Source of the DNA: an uncultured Rivularia sp. | Lineage (GTDB): Bacteria > Cyanobacteriota > Cyanobacteriia > Cyanobacteriales > Nostocaceae | Length of the DNA stretch: 64,000 nt | NCBI GenBank assembly: GCA_963665115.1 | Contig: OY762007.1 | Coordinates: 768,001 to 832,000 of the forward strand | Direction of reading: 5' to 3' | Shown here: piece by piece, positions 32,610 to 44,339 of the stretch | How the letters are laid out: the number at the start of each line of letters is the position of its first letter | How positions within the stretch are numbered: the stretch's first letter is position 1 | Program-made: the position numbers and the translations under genes | Notes under the pieces: model-generated | The model's database searches: none | Told to the model about the DNA's origin: nothing | Seen by the model: the letters and a program-made list of their open reading frames with translations, nothing else

Positions 32610-33617
32610 CTATTCCCTATTCCCCACAACTTCTCTTACTCGGTAAATTGGTCTACCTTGGGACTCGTGGTAAGTACGCATCAATAACTCAGCCAGCAAT
32701 CCAAAGCAAAATAGCTGAACCCCAGTTACCAATAGCAATACGGCTAAGATTAACAAAGGGCGATCGCCAATTTCTTGACCTAATACTAATTTAGCCCAGG
32801 TTAAATAAGTACTCATTGCTCCACCCGAAACCATAAAAATTAAACCCCAAAGTCCGAAAACGTGCATCGGACGGCTGAGGAACTTTTTCATGAAAGCAAT
32901 GGTAAATAAATCCATCACGACTCGGAAAGTACGACCTAAACCGTATTTACTGCTACCAAATTTACGTGCGTGGTGGCGGACTGGTACTTCGGTAATTCTC
33001 GCACCTTCGATATAGGCTAAGGCTGGTAGAAAGCGGTGCAGTTCTCCGTATAAATTCATATCTGCTACCAATTCGGTACGATAGGCTTTAAGAGAACAAC
33101 CATAGTCATGAATGTTAACGCTGGTGATGCGGCGAATTAACCAGTTAGCAATCTTTGAAGGTAATAAGCGGGTTAGGGCTGCATCTTGGCGATTCTTGCG
33201 CCAGCCACTTACTAAGTCGTAGCCTTCCTCAAGCTTCGCTAACAGCATCGGAATATCAACAGGGTCGTTTTGCAAATCGGCATCTAAAGTTACAATGGCT
33301 TTCCCTCGTGCATGATAAAAACCTGCCGCCATTGCCGCAGTTTGACCGTAATTGCGTCGTAAAATTATGCTTTTCAAGTCGGTGCGCGTTTGTGCTTGGT
33401 CTTTAAGCAGTTGTACGGAACCATCATTAGAACCGTCATCAACGCAGATAATTTCGTAACTTAAATTACTTTCAATTAAAGTGGATGAAATTGCTTCGAG
33501 TAAATGGGGCAAACTTTCCACTTCGTTATGCACTGGCACCACCACCGAAACATCCGGGGCAGAAGACATTGCACCAACTTCCGCCAATCTTTCAGAAACA
33601 AACCCATTTCTCATCAT
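32610..33617 (-). CDS. GT2 glycosyltransferase (ArnC/DPM1-like, two C-terminal TM helices)
   Basis: VVVPVHNE, DDGS, RNYGQTAA, DADLQND. Confidence 0.92.
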   Translation of the reverse strand: MMRNGFVSERLAEVGAMSSAPDVSVVVPVHNEVESLPHLLEAISSTLIESNLSYEIICVDDGSNDGSVQLLKDQAQTRTDLKSIILRRNYGQTAAMAAGFYHARGKAIVTLDADLQNDPVDIPMLLAKLEEGYDLVSGWRKNRQDAALTRLLPSKIANWLIRRITSVNIHDYGCSLKAYRTELVADMNLYGELHRFLPALAYIEGARITEVPVRHHARKFGSSKYGLGRTFRVVMDLFTIAFMKKFLSRPMHVFGLWGLIFMVSGGAMSTYLTWAKLVLGQEIGDRPLLILAVLLLVTGVQLFCFGLLAELLMRTYHESQGRPIYRVREVVGNRE

Positions 33618-33628
33618 TAGTTTTTAGT

Positions 33629-34360
33629 TTATTGAATACGACCGCCTTTTTGCGGGATGTAACTGCTTACTATCCTTCCTGCACCACGTAGCTGTTTATA
33701 ATATGACCGACTAACTTCGTCTCCCTGTTCCGAAAGACAATCAATTCCAATCCCATTTCGTCCTTTATCTTTACCAGAACTATGGATATAGCAATTATCT
33801 CCCAAATAAAGCCCAACATGAGTTGCTTTTTGAGGAGTCCCAAAAAATATTAAATCGCCTGACTGTAAAGAGTTTGCATCAAAATTCTCTACAGTACAAA
33901 TTTGTTTTAGAAAAGCTTCTTGCTGATAAGCATCTCTGGGTAGGCGAATTCCTACAGAAGCAAACGCTTTTTGCATCAACCCCGAACAATCAAAATTTGG
34001 TCCTACAGTACCACCCCAAAGATAGTAATTTGGTTGTTGCATGGCTTTGCGAGTAAAAGCGATAACTTCGGGTATCAGTTGCTTTATTTCAGCTTCGGAA
34101 AATGATTTAATTTGCAATGGTTCAACAGCTGGTGACAACAAATTTAAATCATTTATCGCCAGCCAGCCGGGATAATTATCTTCGCATAGGCATATTTGTA
34201 CCGCAGTTTGATTTGCTGTTTGATTTAAATCTGGGATTACCCGTAAGTATCTTCCTTTCTCGGCTTGAGTTGACAAGTCCTTACATTCGGGAGAATCGTA
34301 GATATTCAAATCTGCTTCAGTTACGTATTCAACGTTTGCTTGCAATTCCTCTTGAGGCAT
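33629..34360 (-). CDS. NlpC/P60 (C40) peptidase with SH3-like N-terminus
   Basis: YLWGG..FDCSG, LPRDA, HVGLY, IHSS. Confidence 0.92.
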   Translation of the reverse strand: MPQEELQANVEYVTEADLNIYDSPECKDLSTQAEKGRYLRVIPDLNQTANQTAVQICLCEDNYPGWLAINDLNLLSPAVEPLQIKSFSEAEIKQLIPEVIAFTRKAMQQPNYYLWGGTVGPNFDCSGLMQKAFASVGIRLPRDAYQQEAFLKQICTVENFDANSLQSGDLIFFGTPQKATHVGLYLGDNCYIHSSGKDKGRNGIGIDCLSEQGDEVSRSYYKQLRGAGRIVSSYIPQKGGRIQ

Positions 34361-34412
34361 AACAATCTGTAAGTATTAACAACGAATTTTAATCCAAAAT
34401 CGGACGACGACT

Positions 34413-35352
34413 ATGTTTTTTAAACACGACGAACAACTCGAACAACTTGGTAATGGTATTTTAGAGGCTACTTGGGCTAAATTTTCTACGTTAGCTCGTA
34501 ACCAAATCGCCTTAACTTGGATTATCTACGACCCCCCAGTACCTGTAAACACTGGTGGAGCTTTGACTCCCAACGCTTTTTGGAATCATTCAGTACGTGG
34601 TTTTAATTATCGCGGTGAAGACAGAATTTATCCGGCTTCTGTAATCAAATTATTTTATTTGCTTGCAGTACACGAATGGCAGCACAAAGGCATGATAGAG
34701 GCTTCGGCAGAGTTAGAGCGAGCCATGCGCGACATGATAATTGATTCAAGTAACGATGCCACCAGTTTGATTGTAGACGTATTAACCGGCACCACTTCAG
34801 GTCCAGAATTACCACCAGGGTCCATTTGAAACTTGGAAGCAGCAGCGTAATATTGTTAACCGTTATTTAAAGTCTTTGGGATGGGAAGAATTAGACGCAG
34901 TAAATGTATGTCATAAAACTTGGGGTGATGGCCCTTATGGAAGAGAGCGGGCATTTTACGGAGAGTTATTAGAAAATCGCAATATGTTAACTACTAATGC
35001 GATCGCCCGATTATTGCACGCTATAGTCGGTGGAGTTGCAGTCAGCGCCACACGTTCCCAAGAAATGATGAATGTAATGAAGCGCAGTTTAAATCCAGAA
35101 GAGTTACCAACAGATGTAGAAGAAGATCAAGTAACGGGTTTCTCAGGAGGTAGTCTTCCTCAGACGGCGAAAATTTGGTCAAAAGCCGGTTGGACTTCTT
35201 CAGTTCGTCACGACGCAGCTTATATTGAAATACCGGATAAACGTCCTTATTTATTAATTGTATTTACAGAAGGAAAAGCCAACGCTCAAAGTCGAGATAT
35301 TTTACCTTTTGTTTCTCAGCAATTTATGGAAGTGGTTAGTAGTATGGATTAG
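34413..35352 (+). CDS. class A beta-lactamase-like serine hydrolase (split by apparent +1 indel at ~34818)
   Basis: PASVIK, SSN, KAG motifs; halves join as ELPPGPFETW. Confidence 0.85.
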
Positions 35353-35415
35353 GGGGAGGGGGAGATAAGAAAGTTATGAGTTAAGAGTTGGGAGTTATAA
35401 AAATATCTGTAGTTT

Positions 35416-35919
35416 GTAGGTTGGGTTAAGCGCACGAAGAAGAATAATGATGCTCAACAATATACAGCACTTTGCAGTTCATAGGCAGTAGGCAGTGGGC
35501 AGTAGGCAGTAGTGACTCACCCTTAAAAGAGTGAGATTGAAAAATTGACGTTTTATACCTCGCTGCAAGCAGCCTCTGTATAATTATTTATTTTTACTGA
35601 GCTTTAAACTCAGAACTAAAGTTTAAATTGATACTTCTTACCCACTGCCGACTGCCGATTGCCGACTGCCTTTTTTGTAAATGAAGTACAAGATTATGCA
35701 ATAAAACTCTTGTGGGATGGGCATCCCTGCCCGTCCGAATGTATTTTACCCAAATAAAATGTGCTGTAAATTATGTTAGCGCTGTAATCCAACATTTTCT
35801 TTCAGAGGTATTCTTAAATATCTCAACTTATCAGAAAAGAGTAATGTTGGGTTACGACACGATAATTATAAAGCAGGCGTTACAAACGAAATTTGATTTA
35901 CGTGTCTAACCTACCTAAC
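35416..35919. repeat. degenerate REPIN interrupted by a MITE, itself interrupted by a (GGCAGTA)n...(CTGCCGA)n element
   Basis: REP arms at 35416, 35779-35794 and 35845-35919; MITE termini at 35463 and 35768. Confidence 0.7.
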
Positions 35920-36104
35920 CTAAAAAGTAAAATTACCTATCTCTCTATATTTCTTTCCTCAGCGTCCTCAGCGTCTCTGCGGTTTTTTTATCCGTAATAT
36001 TCTGGTAGGGAAGGAGTAAGACTTGGGAGGTAAACATCAGTAGTGTTCGCCGAACAGCTCCCTTGTTGTTTCCCATGCTCAATTCTTCATTCCTAATTGA
36101 TAAT

Positions 36105-37010
36105 TTATTCTTCAAAGAAAAAGCTGTCGGGATGCAGTCTACCAGTAGGTTCGTCGATAAATACTCCATCACACCAGGTAACACAACACTTGAAAGTGGG
36201 TTCTTGCCCAAAACCATTAAAGTTAGCTCCTTGGAAGTTGGAACAAATATAATTACCACTACTACAATCGACTCCGACCCCATACATTCCACGTAAGTCG
36301 CAATAAATCAACCCAATACTGTCAAAGTTGCAAATATTGATATTGGCTTCCCGAAAATCACAAAAGATGAATTTAGCAGCCAAAAAATTAGAACCACGGA
36401 AATTGACATTGCTGAAGTTGACGTAGCTCAAGTACGCGCCGCTCAAATCGATGGATTGGAGGTCAACCCCTCTCAAGTCACCACCGTGTATAATAATGTC
36501 TCTAAAGTCTCGCTCCCCATTTTTATAACGCCTAAGCAATTCTGGAGCAGTAGTAATTTTGAGGTGGCTCGAATTGATTCTGCCATCAGGCATAATAGTA
36601 TTACAAAAAAGAGTTCTTTCGTTAACTTGAATGTTAGTCAAATTGGCACCAGTCAAGTTGGCATCAGTCAAATTGGCACCAGTCAAATTGGCACCAGTAA
36701 AATTGGCACTAGTCAAATTGGCACTAGTCAAATCAGCACGATCCAAATTAGCTCTTCGGAGATTGGCATCGCTCAAGTTGGTATTGATAAAGAGAGTTTT
36801 AGTGAAGTTGGCTCTTTCCAAATTAGCAGCAGTCAAGTTAGTACTCATCAACCCACCGTTTTTGATGTATACCCCACCCAAATTGGCATTGCTCAGATTA
36901 ACATCAATCAACCAAGGTGGTCTGACAAAAATAGCTTCCGAGTTAACTCCCCTAAAATTTCTTTCCCCTCTCTCATATCGCTGCAACAACTCCTCAACAC
37001 TTATCCTCAT
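36105..37010 (-). CDS. pentapeptide repeat protein with two tandem 'ELL.RY..GER.F' modules
   Basis: EELLQRYERGERNF...MPDG followed by PELLRRYKNGERDF. Confidence 0.87.
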   Translation of the reverse strand: MRISVEELLQRYERGERNFRGVNSEAIFVRPPWLIDVNLSNANLGGVYIKNGGLMSTNLTAANLERANFTKTLFINTNLSDANLRRANLDRADLTSANLTSANFTGANLTGANLTDANLTGANLTNIQVNERTLFCNTIMPDGRINSSHLKITTAPELLRRYKNGERDFRDIIIHGGDLRGVDLQSIDLSGAYLSYVNFSNVNFRGSNFLAAKFIFCDFREANINICNFDSIGLIYCDLRGMYGVGVDCSSGNYICSNFQGANFNGFGQEPTFKCCVTWCDGVFIDEPTGRLHPDSFFFEE

Positions 37011-37174
37011 CTATACACTTCAGCATTAAACAACTAACAAATCAAAAAAAAGACGCAAGATGTAAAATTCACCCACAATAAAAATTGTACAACTTTTTTA
37101 TTTTCGTACAGTTAAAAAGTTTATAAATCTCCTCACTCCTAATCCGCCATGCCCCAATTCCCCATTGACCATAT

Positions 37175-38512
37175 TTAAACTTTCTTCGGAAACACATAGC
37201 GTGTAGCCCAGATTGTAAAAAACGGCAAAAAAATCATATGAACTAAGAATACAGATAAAGCTATTCCAATAACTTTCCAATTTTCTCCTAATATTACTGT
37301 CAAGCTGTTTACAGTATCGGCACCGAACAAATTACTAACAATAACTTGAGCGTTAACTCCGATAAATAAGAATAGGGCAAATAAGCTGGTAAATATTACG
37401 TTCCAACGTAAATCTAAATGAGGCTTTCCAATAGCTACTAATAATTGAGATGCAGCATCTGCAAAAGGTCTGGGAATTGCTGACAAACAAATTAAAATTA
37501 AAATTGGGATGGCGGGTATCCACTGTTCGCCAAAAACAATAGGAACGTAGAAAGGAGCTAAACTAGATTGTAATAGGACAAAAGGAACGATTATTATAGT
37601 AATAGTTCTCAAACTGTGAAGATAGCGATGCTTGAATTCAATCCACTCTGTACGAGCTTCGCATAAATGAGGCAGCATCACCGAACTAATAGCATTAATG
37701 ATACTCAAACTAATTCCTAAACCAGCGTTGAAACCAAAAAAGTAGATTCCTAACTCTTCAATACCTACAAAACGCCCAACGATTAAATAATCTAAGTTGT
37801 TCCTTAAAGTTTTGAGTAATCCCACACCGAGAATATTTTTTCCAAAACTTAATATCTCGTCCCAATATTTTGTACTGAATCCTTCTTTAGGTCGCCAAGA
37901 ATGATATTTGTAATATATTATTATTTCTAAGGGAGCAACTAAAACTATTGGCAGAGCAAATGACCATACTCCCATACCCATGAAGGCGAATACTGCTGTC
38001 AATATACCTGTGAGAGAATATTGAACCACATCGGTAAACGCTATTACTTTAAAACGATTTTCTCTTTGAATTAAAGTTTTTTGAATCCCGTGAATAGGCC
38101 AAATTAAATAAGCTATTCCACTCACAATAATTGGAAAGATAATCTCTTTACTGTTATAAGATGCTGCAATAGGAAATGCTGCAAGAGCCTGAATCATGAA
38201 TAAACTGGCAAAAATTAGCCAGTTTAACCAAAAGGCAGAACTACATAGATGAGGTAGTTCTTTTTCGTCAGCTTGAATAATCTTTGCGCCGATACCTACA
38301 TCAGCAAAAGTAATTGCAAACTCGCGCACGGCAAGAATTATAGCTCCCAAACCGTAATCATAGGGAGTTAGATATCTCGCCGTGATGACTACTAATCCTA
38401 AGCGTAGGACTCTGTACAACACTTCAGCTATACCTAGCCAGCCAAGATTACGAATGAACTGGCTAGATACTTTTTTATTGATATACCTGGTAATTGCGTT
38501 TAAGGACTTCAC
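37175..38512 (-). CDS. wzx: polysaccharide flippase (Wzx/WzxC type)
   Basis: Multi-TM; 'ARYLTPYDYG', 'LDYLIVGRFVG..LGIY'. Confidence 0.88.
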   Translation of the reverse strand: MKSLNAITRYINKKVSSQFIRNLGWLGIAEVLYRVLRLGLVVITARYLTPYDYGLGAIILAVREFAITFADVGIGAKIIQADEKELPHLCSSAFWLNWLIFASLFMIQALAAFPIAASYNSKEIIFPIIVSGIAYLIWPIHGIQKTLIQRENRFKVIAFTDVVQYSLTGILTAVFAFMGMGVWSFALPIVLVAPLEIIIYYKYHSWRPKEGFSTKYWDEILSFGKNILGVGLLKTLRNNLDYLIVGRFVGIEELGIYFFGFNAGLGISLSIINAISSVMLPHLCEARTEWIEFKHRYLHSLRTITIIIVPFVLLQSSLAPFYVPIVFGEQWIPAIPILILICLSAIPRPFADAASQLLVAIGKPHLDLRWNVIFTSLFALFLFIGVNAQVIVSNLFGADTVNSLTVILGENWKVIGIALSVFLVHMIFLPFFTIWATRYVFPKKV

Positions 38513-38736
38513 AATTTGTGTTATAAGAATTTATTAAATTTTGATACTTGGATAATCAGCTTGAACCGATTACTCCTATCCCGCTCTAAGAATACCTATC
38601 TCTCTTGTCTTGAGTTGTAGTCTTTCTTCTTCGGAGACGCTACGCTAACAAGAAAGCTCCGCTTACATGGGACGTACTTTTCGCCTATTCTAGTAAGGTT
38701 TTTTTATCGGTAATTGTAGAGCCGGGAAGGGAGTAA

Positions 38737-41067
38737 TTAAGATTCCATACTATTGGAAACTAAACCCAATACGCGATTGCGTCCGGCTTCCAATTCATCC
38801 AATGCTGTTGAAAGTGAAGGACGAACAGTTTTACCCAGCCCGACAACCATCAAAATTCCATCGGCATGGGTAGCCAAAATACTGGTGTCTAAACGCCCCA
38901 AAATATGAGGAGTATCGTACACCACTAAATCAAAATCAGATTGCGATCGCATTACAAAATTTTGCATCCTTGGTGAGGAGAAAAGCTTTGCACAATTACG
39001 CGGAATGTCTCCTGCGGTAATCACAAATAAGTTTTCTTCTTCATGAGATTGTCCGAGTGCATCGTTCAAATCTAAACCTTGGGAAAGTATTTCGCTTAAT
39101 CCTTGGGTATTTATCAAGCCTAAACTGTGATGTACTTGAGGATTCTGTAAATTAGCATCTACTAACAGTACTCGTAAACCAGCTTCTGCTGCGGTTTTGG
39201 CAAAAGTTGTTGCAACAGTTGTTTTACCTTCTCCCGGATTAGCTGAGGTAATTACTAACGAAGAAATAGCAGTTTCTTCTTTTAAAGCTTGAATTCTAGT
39301 ATATAAAGAGTAAAAAGCTTGCGTATAGGAAGACGCTCCATAGTCTTTACTTCTCATATTCTTAGCTTCGGAAAGTAAGCGCTCGTCTTTTTCCAGCGCG
39401 TAAACTAATTCCCGATCGGCAGGAGGTAATAGCTTCAATTCTTTTAAATAGGGAATTGTTGCTAATAACGGTAGTTTTGCGGTTCGTTTAACTTCTCGCG
39501 GATCGTGGAAAACGTTCTGAGCATTTTCTAAAAGAAAAGCAGCTAAAACACCTAAGAGTAAACCTCCGGCTCCTCCCAAAATAATATTCAGCTTACCTTT
39601 AGAAGCATCAGCTACAAATTGACCAGTCTTATCTTTCGGCAGCCTTGGAGGCATAATCAATTCCCAAGGTACTTCCTGCTGTGCGGCATCTACTCGCAAC
39701 GCTTCTTGTTTGCCTAAAAGCTGCTTAAGAGTATCGCTAGCAACCTGCAACTCCCGTTCCAAATTGGCATGTCTACCAGCAACTTCTGGATAGTCGTTGA
39801 TTTGTTTGTTTAATTCAACTAGAGCACCATCAGTAGCTTTCAAGCTGGCTTCTAATAACTGAATCTGATTCGCAGTGTCAGCCATTTTTTGAATCAAGTC
39901 GCGGCGCACCGAGTTTTGATAAGTTCCAACCTGAGTATTAAGTAAATTTTTGGTGGGAACATTATTACCTAAAGCCAATTGTGCTTCCCGTTTTAATAAA
40001 GGTAATAACTTTTGGCGTTGCTCCCTTAAAGAAACCATTGCCGGGTTAGCATCACTCAGACGTACTGACTCTGTAGCGATTTGAGCTTCTACATCTCGAA
40101 CGCGCTTAAGTATTTCTTGATAGTTCGGTGATTCGCTCAACGCCGAAGCCGCGATCGCCGCATCTGGGGACATTCCCAACTGATTTTGTAGTGAAGCGTA
40201 AAGTGATTTTGATTCAGCAAGTCTTTTATTAGCTTCTGTTTTCGTAGATTGAAGCTCCGAAGCTCTTTCAAGCAGTTGTTTTCCCTGAAGTTCAGGATTG
40301 AATAGGTTGTAGTTTTGTTGAAACCGCTGCATATCTCCTTGCAATCTATTTACTCGCAACCGCAGTACTGGAATCTGTTGTTCTACAAATCTGATTCCCT
40401 GACGTAAATTCGTCTGCTGTTGTTCGAGACTGTACTTCCGATAAGCTTGAGATACTTTATCTAACACAAACAGAACTTTCTGAGGATTAGAATCTTTGTA
40501 GCGAATTTCTATAACTCTAGATTCAATCTCACCTTGAGAAAGACGGCTAATATGCAACTGCCCTTCTTTGACGGTGCTAGGTACTTTACCAGCTTTGCCA
40601 CCTCCAACTAACTTTCCATAGCTAACTCCTGGATATTTATCCTGAATCTCATCAACTACGGGTTCTATGATTTTCGGACTTTTTAAAACTTCTACCAAAG
40701 CCTGATAATCTAGGGGCGTATTGTTTTGCCTGGTGATTTTATTTACATCTTGCTGAAGAGTTTGAGATAGTAAAACCAGCAGTTCGCTTTCTGAATTTGT
40801 TAAAGGCTCAACTAGTAACTGAAACTTGCCTTCATACTTAGGAGTACGAGTAGAACCCCAGACAACAGCCCCTGTCGTCACAATTACGGCTACGCTAGCA
40901 ATCAAAGCTGCTCGACGACGCAACATGGAGAAAATTCGACCAAAACCAAAACTTTCTTCTTCAACATTTTGGGGTCTTCTTAATAACCAGTATGGTTCTC
41001 TAGATAAAGATTTGGTTTCGTTCAAAGGCTGCAAATCTTGTTCTCTTGCTGGCATTTGTGTTTCCAT
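38737..41067 (-). CDS. wzc: polysaccharide co-polymerase / BY-kinase (Wzc/GumC)
   Basis: Two TM helices, long coiled coil, Walker A PGEGKTT, LLVDAN, VYDTP. Confidence 0.9.
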   Translation of the reverse strand: METQMPAREQDLQPLNETKSLSREPYWLLRRPQNVEEESFGFGRIFSMLRRRAALIASVAVIVTTGAVVWGSTRTPKYEGKFQLLVEPLTNSESELLVLLSQTLQQDVNKITRQNNTPLDYQALVEVLKSPKIIEPVVDEIQDKYPGVSYGKLVGGGKAGKVPSTVKEGQLHISRLSQGEIESRVIEIRYKDSNPQKVLFVLDKVSQAYRKYSLEQQQTNLRQGIRFVEQQIPVLRLRVNRLQGDMQRFQQNYNLFNPELQGKQLLERASELQSTKTEANKRLAESKSLYASLQNQLGMSPDAAIAASALSESPNYQEILKRVRDVEAQIATESVRLSDANPAMVSLREQRQKLLPLLKREAQLALGNNVPTKNLLNTQVGTYQNSVRRDLIQKMADTANQIQLLEASLKATDGALVELNKQINDYPEVAGRHANLERELQVASDTLKQLLGKQEALRVDAAQQEVPWELIMPPRLPKDKTGQFVADASKGKLNIILGGAGGLLLGVLAAFLLENAQNVFHDPREVKRTAKLPLLATIPYLKELKLLPPADRELVYALEKDERLLSEAKNMRSKDYGASSYTQAFYSLYTRIQALKEETAISSLVITSANPGEGKTTVATTFAKTAAEAGLRVLLVDANLQNPQVHHSLGLINTQGLSEILSQGLDLNDALGQSHEEENLFVITAGDIPRNCAKLFSSPRMQNFVMRSQSDFDLVVYDTPHILGRLDTSILATHADGILMVVGLGKTVRPSLSTALDELEAGRNRVLGLVSNSMES

Positions 41068-41778
41068 TCAAAATCCCATTTAAAACAATTTAATATACAG
41101 TTTCGGTCAATAAACAAATTGTAAATAAGTTTTTTGCCAATAAAGGAGTGAAGATAGTTAGAGTATATTTAATTACAAGTATCATAAGTTACCAATAACT
41201 AATAATAGTATTTATATTGCTCCATCAATGCAAAGTTTAAAATATAATGCTTCGCTTTACAGTATTTGCATATTACTACATCTCAATAGTTTCTCCGATC
41301 TGCTGCGACATATCTTCTTTGAAAATTAATAAACTGAGCAATATCCTCAACATATCTCGCTTAATTAGTAATGTACTCCGATTAATAAAAACTTTACTGA
41401 AATAAAACTAGCCGATGAAGATTAAGTGAAATCTCAGCTAATTACTATGACTAAAGTGGTAAAAACACGCATAATTATTTAAATAAGATATTCAGTAAAT
41501 ACGAAATGTTCTATATGTACCTAAGCTTCAAATGCTTGAAATAAAAGGGTTGCAAAATTTTTATCTATTATTATCCATAAAAAGTATGAAGTTATTAAAC
41601 AAAAAGTAACGGTTTACCGAAGCAAAATTACTCTATTGACAAAACCAAATACTTGGTTCATTAATTGAAAAACTTCATCAGTTATTTCGCCTAAAAGAAT
41701 AATGAAGTTTAACAATACCTTTATATTTTAGGTATTTTATTTCATCAAGAATTAATATTTTCGGGAAATATATTCGGT

Positions 41779-43099
41779 ATGCCGAAATTGCCAAAGCTAG
41801 CCGAACAAATATTCGTTGTATTCACTCTTTTTCTTTCTACAAGTGCCTTGATACCCGTACTTATAGAAGGAGGTAGTGGAAGTATAGGTAGCGATTCCTA
41901 CAGTCCTAAATTCTTTATGGGAATCTATACTATTACTTTCTTGTTAATAGTGAAGCATCAGAAACATTTTGTACGTGCTGCACAGAAAGATATTTGGATC
42001 TGGTTATTCTTAGGAATTGTAATAGCATCAATTTTATGGACTTTTGCGCCCGATCTGACTCCACGACGTAGCGTACTGCTTTTAGGGACAAGCGTATTTG
42101 CTGTCTATATGGCAATGCGTTTCACTTTAAGAGAGCAACTACAATTATTAGCTTGTGCTTTAGGCATAGTAATTGTACTGAGTTTCATGTTTGCAATCGG
42201 ACTGCCAAAATATGGATTAATGACTGTTCAAGAAGGGGGAATTCACGCTGGATCTTGGCGGGGAATAATGACTCATAAAAACATTTTGGGGTCGATTAAT
42301 GAATCTCAGCAGCATGGTATTTTTGTTTGTTGCGATGAGCAATCCGATTCAAAATCCTAGATATCGATGGCTTCCCTGGGCTGGCTTTATTCTTTCTATT
42401 GCTTTGATCGTACTTTCAACTTCTACCTCCTCTTTAGTCGTTTGTCTATCTTTAATGACTATTCTGCCTCTCTATAGAAGTTGGCGACGCAATTACAACC
42501 AGCTAATACCTTTAATAATTGCATTGATACTTACAGTTGGGAGTATATCTACTTTGCTATTAGATAACTTGCCTGTTGTTGCGGATGCATTAGGGAAAGA
42601 TTTAACTCTAACTGGACGTACCGATATATGGAGTGCAATGTTCGATCTAATCTGGGAACGTCCTTGGTTAGGCTATGGATTTAACGCTGTCTGGAGAGAT
42701 TGGAACAGTGAAATAACTGCTTACCTCTGGCGGACTCTGGCGTGGGAATGTCCTTACGGACATAACGGCTTTATGGATTTACTAGCAGAGTTAGGTTTTG
42801 TAGGCTTGTCAGCATTTTTACTAAGTTTTATTAATACCTTTTTAAAGGGAGTAATGTGGTTGCGAATTACTGGATGTATAGAAGGAATTTGGCCTTTAAT
42901 GTATTTAACTTTTTTGGTTATGTACAACATCAGTGAAAGTACTTTAGTCGAGACTAATAGTATTTTCTGGATAGTATACGTTTCTACCGTTTTTTCTTTA
43001 GCTATAGAGTATCAACAAGCTAAAAATTATCAACATAATGGTTCTTCTTTGATAGACGAAGAATGGATGAATATAAAAGCATTTACCAAACAGCAATAA
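41779..43099 (+). CDS. O-antigen ligase/polymerase family (Wzy_C), split by apparent +1 indel at ~42288
   Basis: HKNILG/RLM join, TLTGRTDIW, PWLGYG, HNG. Confidence 0.85.
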
Positions 43100-43124
43100 T
43101 AGTATTAATAAAGACAAAGTAAGC

Positions 43125-44321
43125 ATGAAAATTACTTTAGTATGCCATGACATTCCTTATCCTGCTATTCATGGTGGAAGGATAGATATGTGGCGAAGAA
43201 TCAAAGCTTTTGCTCAGATTGGTGTTGAATTACAGCTTATATGCTGGTTTGATAAAATTCCGCAGCGTGAAGAAGTAGCTGAAATTAAAAAGTATGTTGA
43301 TTCTACATATTTTATTCCGTTTAAACACGATTTCTGTTCCAAGGGCTATAGACTGTTAAACTTGCTTCGCTACCCTCTAGAAGTTACTTCTAGACTTGTG
43401 GTTGGACAGCAATTAGATCGTTTAGTTTCTCATGTTCGTGCCTTTAAACCTCATCTTATCTGGCTAGATGGTATTCATGGTGGAGATGTTGCATCGAAAC
43501 TAAGTCATCAATTCGATATACCCATAGTGACTCGCTGCCATAACATTGAACATCTGTATTATCAACGATTATTTACTTCAGCAATAGGCACAAGTAAAGT
43601 TAAAAGATATTTATCAGTTTCTCATTTAGAAACATACGAGAAATCTTTATTGAAAGATAGTCTTTTGTTTTATGATATTTCGGCAGAAGATTTAAAATTC
43701 TGGAAATCGCGTGGATTTAAAAATGGACGCTATTTACCTCCTTTAATGGAAATTTATCAATCTCACCAACAAGATAAATTTAATCAAAAGATTGATGTAT
43801 CCGATCGATATGATGTTGTTTTTTTAGGCAACTTATATTCTAATAATAATGTAGCTGGTATTATTTGGTTTTTAACTCAAGTTTTGCCTGAAATCCGCAC
43901 TCAATTATCTAACATTAAAGTTTTAATTGCCGGGGCAAAACCGATAAATAGAATTAGACAGCTATGTGAAGATATTGATGGCGTAGATTTAAGCATCAAT
44001 CCGCCGTCTTCAACTGAAATTTATAATTCAGGGAGCGTTTTAATCAATCCTGTTTTAACGGGTAGTGGAGTCAGTATAAAATCATTGGAAATGCTGATGG
44101 CTGGTAAACCAATTGTCTCAACACCTCAAGGAATAGCAGGTTTACCTCTTTCAGTTAGACAGTATTTCAAAATTGCTTCAGACAAACAATCTTTTGCCGC
44201 AGCAATTGTTAATTTACTTTCAAACTCTCATAAAATTCACATCGAACCAAAACTACTCGAATCATTATTTGGTACTCAAGTGATACAGGAAGTTGTGTCC
44301 GATATCAGGTCATTAATCTAA
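43125..44321 (+). CDS. GT-B (GT4-like) glycosyltransferase
   Basis: PYP..GG, HNIE, 'GSGVSIKSLE...PIVST'. Confidence 0.88.
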   Translation: MKITLVCHDIPYPAIHGGRIDMWRRIKAFAQIGVELQLICWFDKIPQREEVAEIKKYVDSTYFIPFKHDFCSKGYRLLNLLRYPLEVTSRLVVGQQLDRLVSHVRAFKPHLIWLDGIHGGDVASKLSHQFDIPIVTRCHNIEHLYYQRLFTSAIGTSKVKRYLSVSHLETYEKSLLKDSLLFYDISAEDLKFWKSRGFKNGRYLPPLMEIYQSHQQDKFNQKIDVSDRYDVVFLGNLYSNNNVAGIIWFLTQVLPEIRTQLSNIKVLIAGAKPINRIRQLCEDIDGVDLSINPPSSTEIYNSGSVLINPVLTGSGVSIKSLEMLMAGKPIVSTPQGIAGLPLSVRQYFKIASDKQSFAAAIVNLLSNSHKIHIEPKLLESLFGTQVIQEVVSDIRSLI

Positions 44322-44339
44322 ATTAATCTTAACTTTTTG

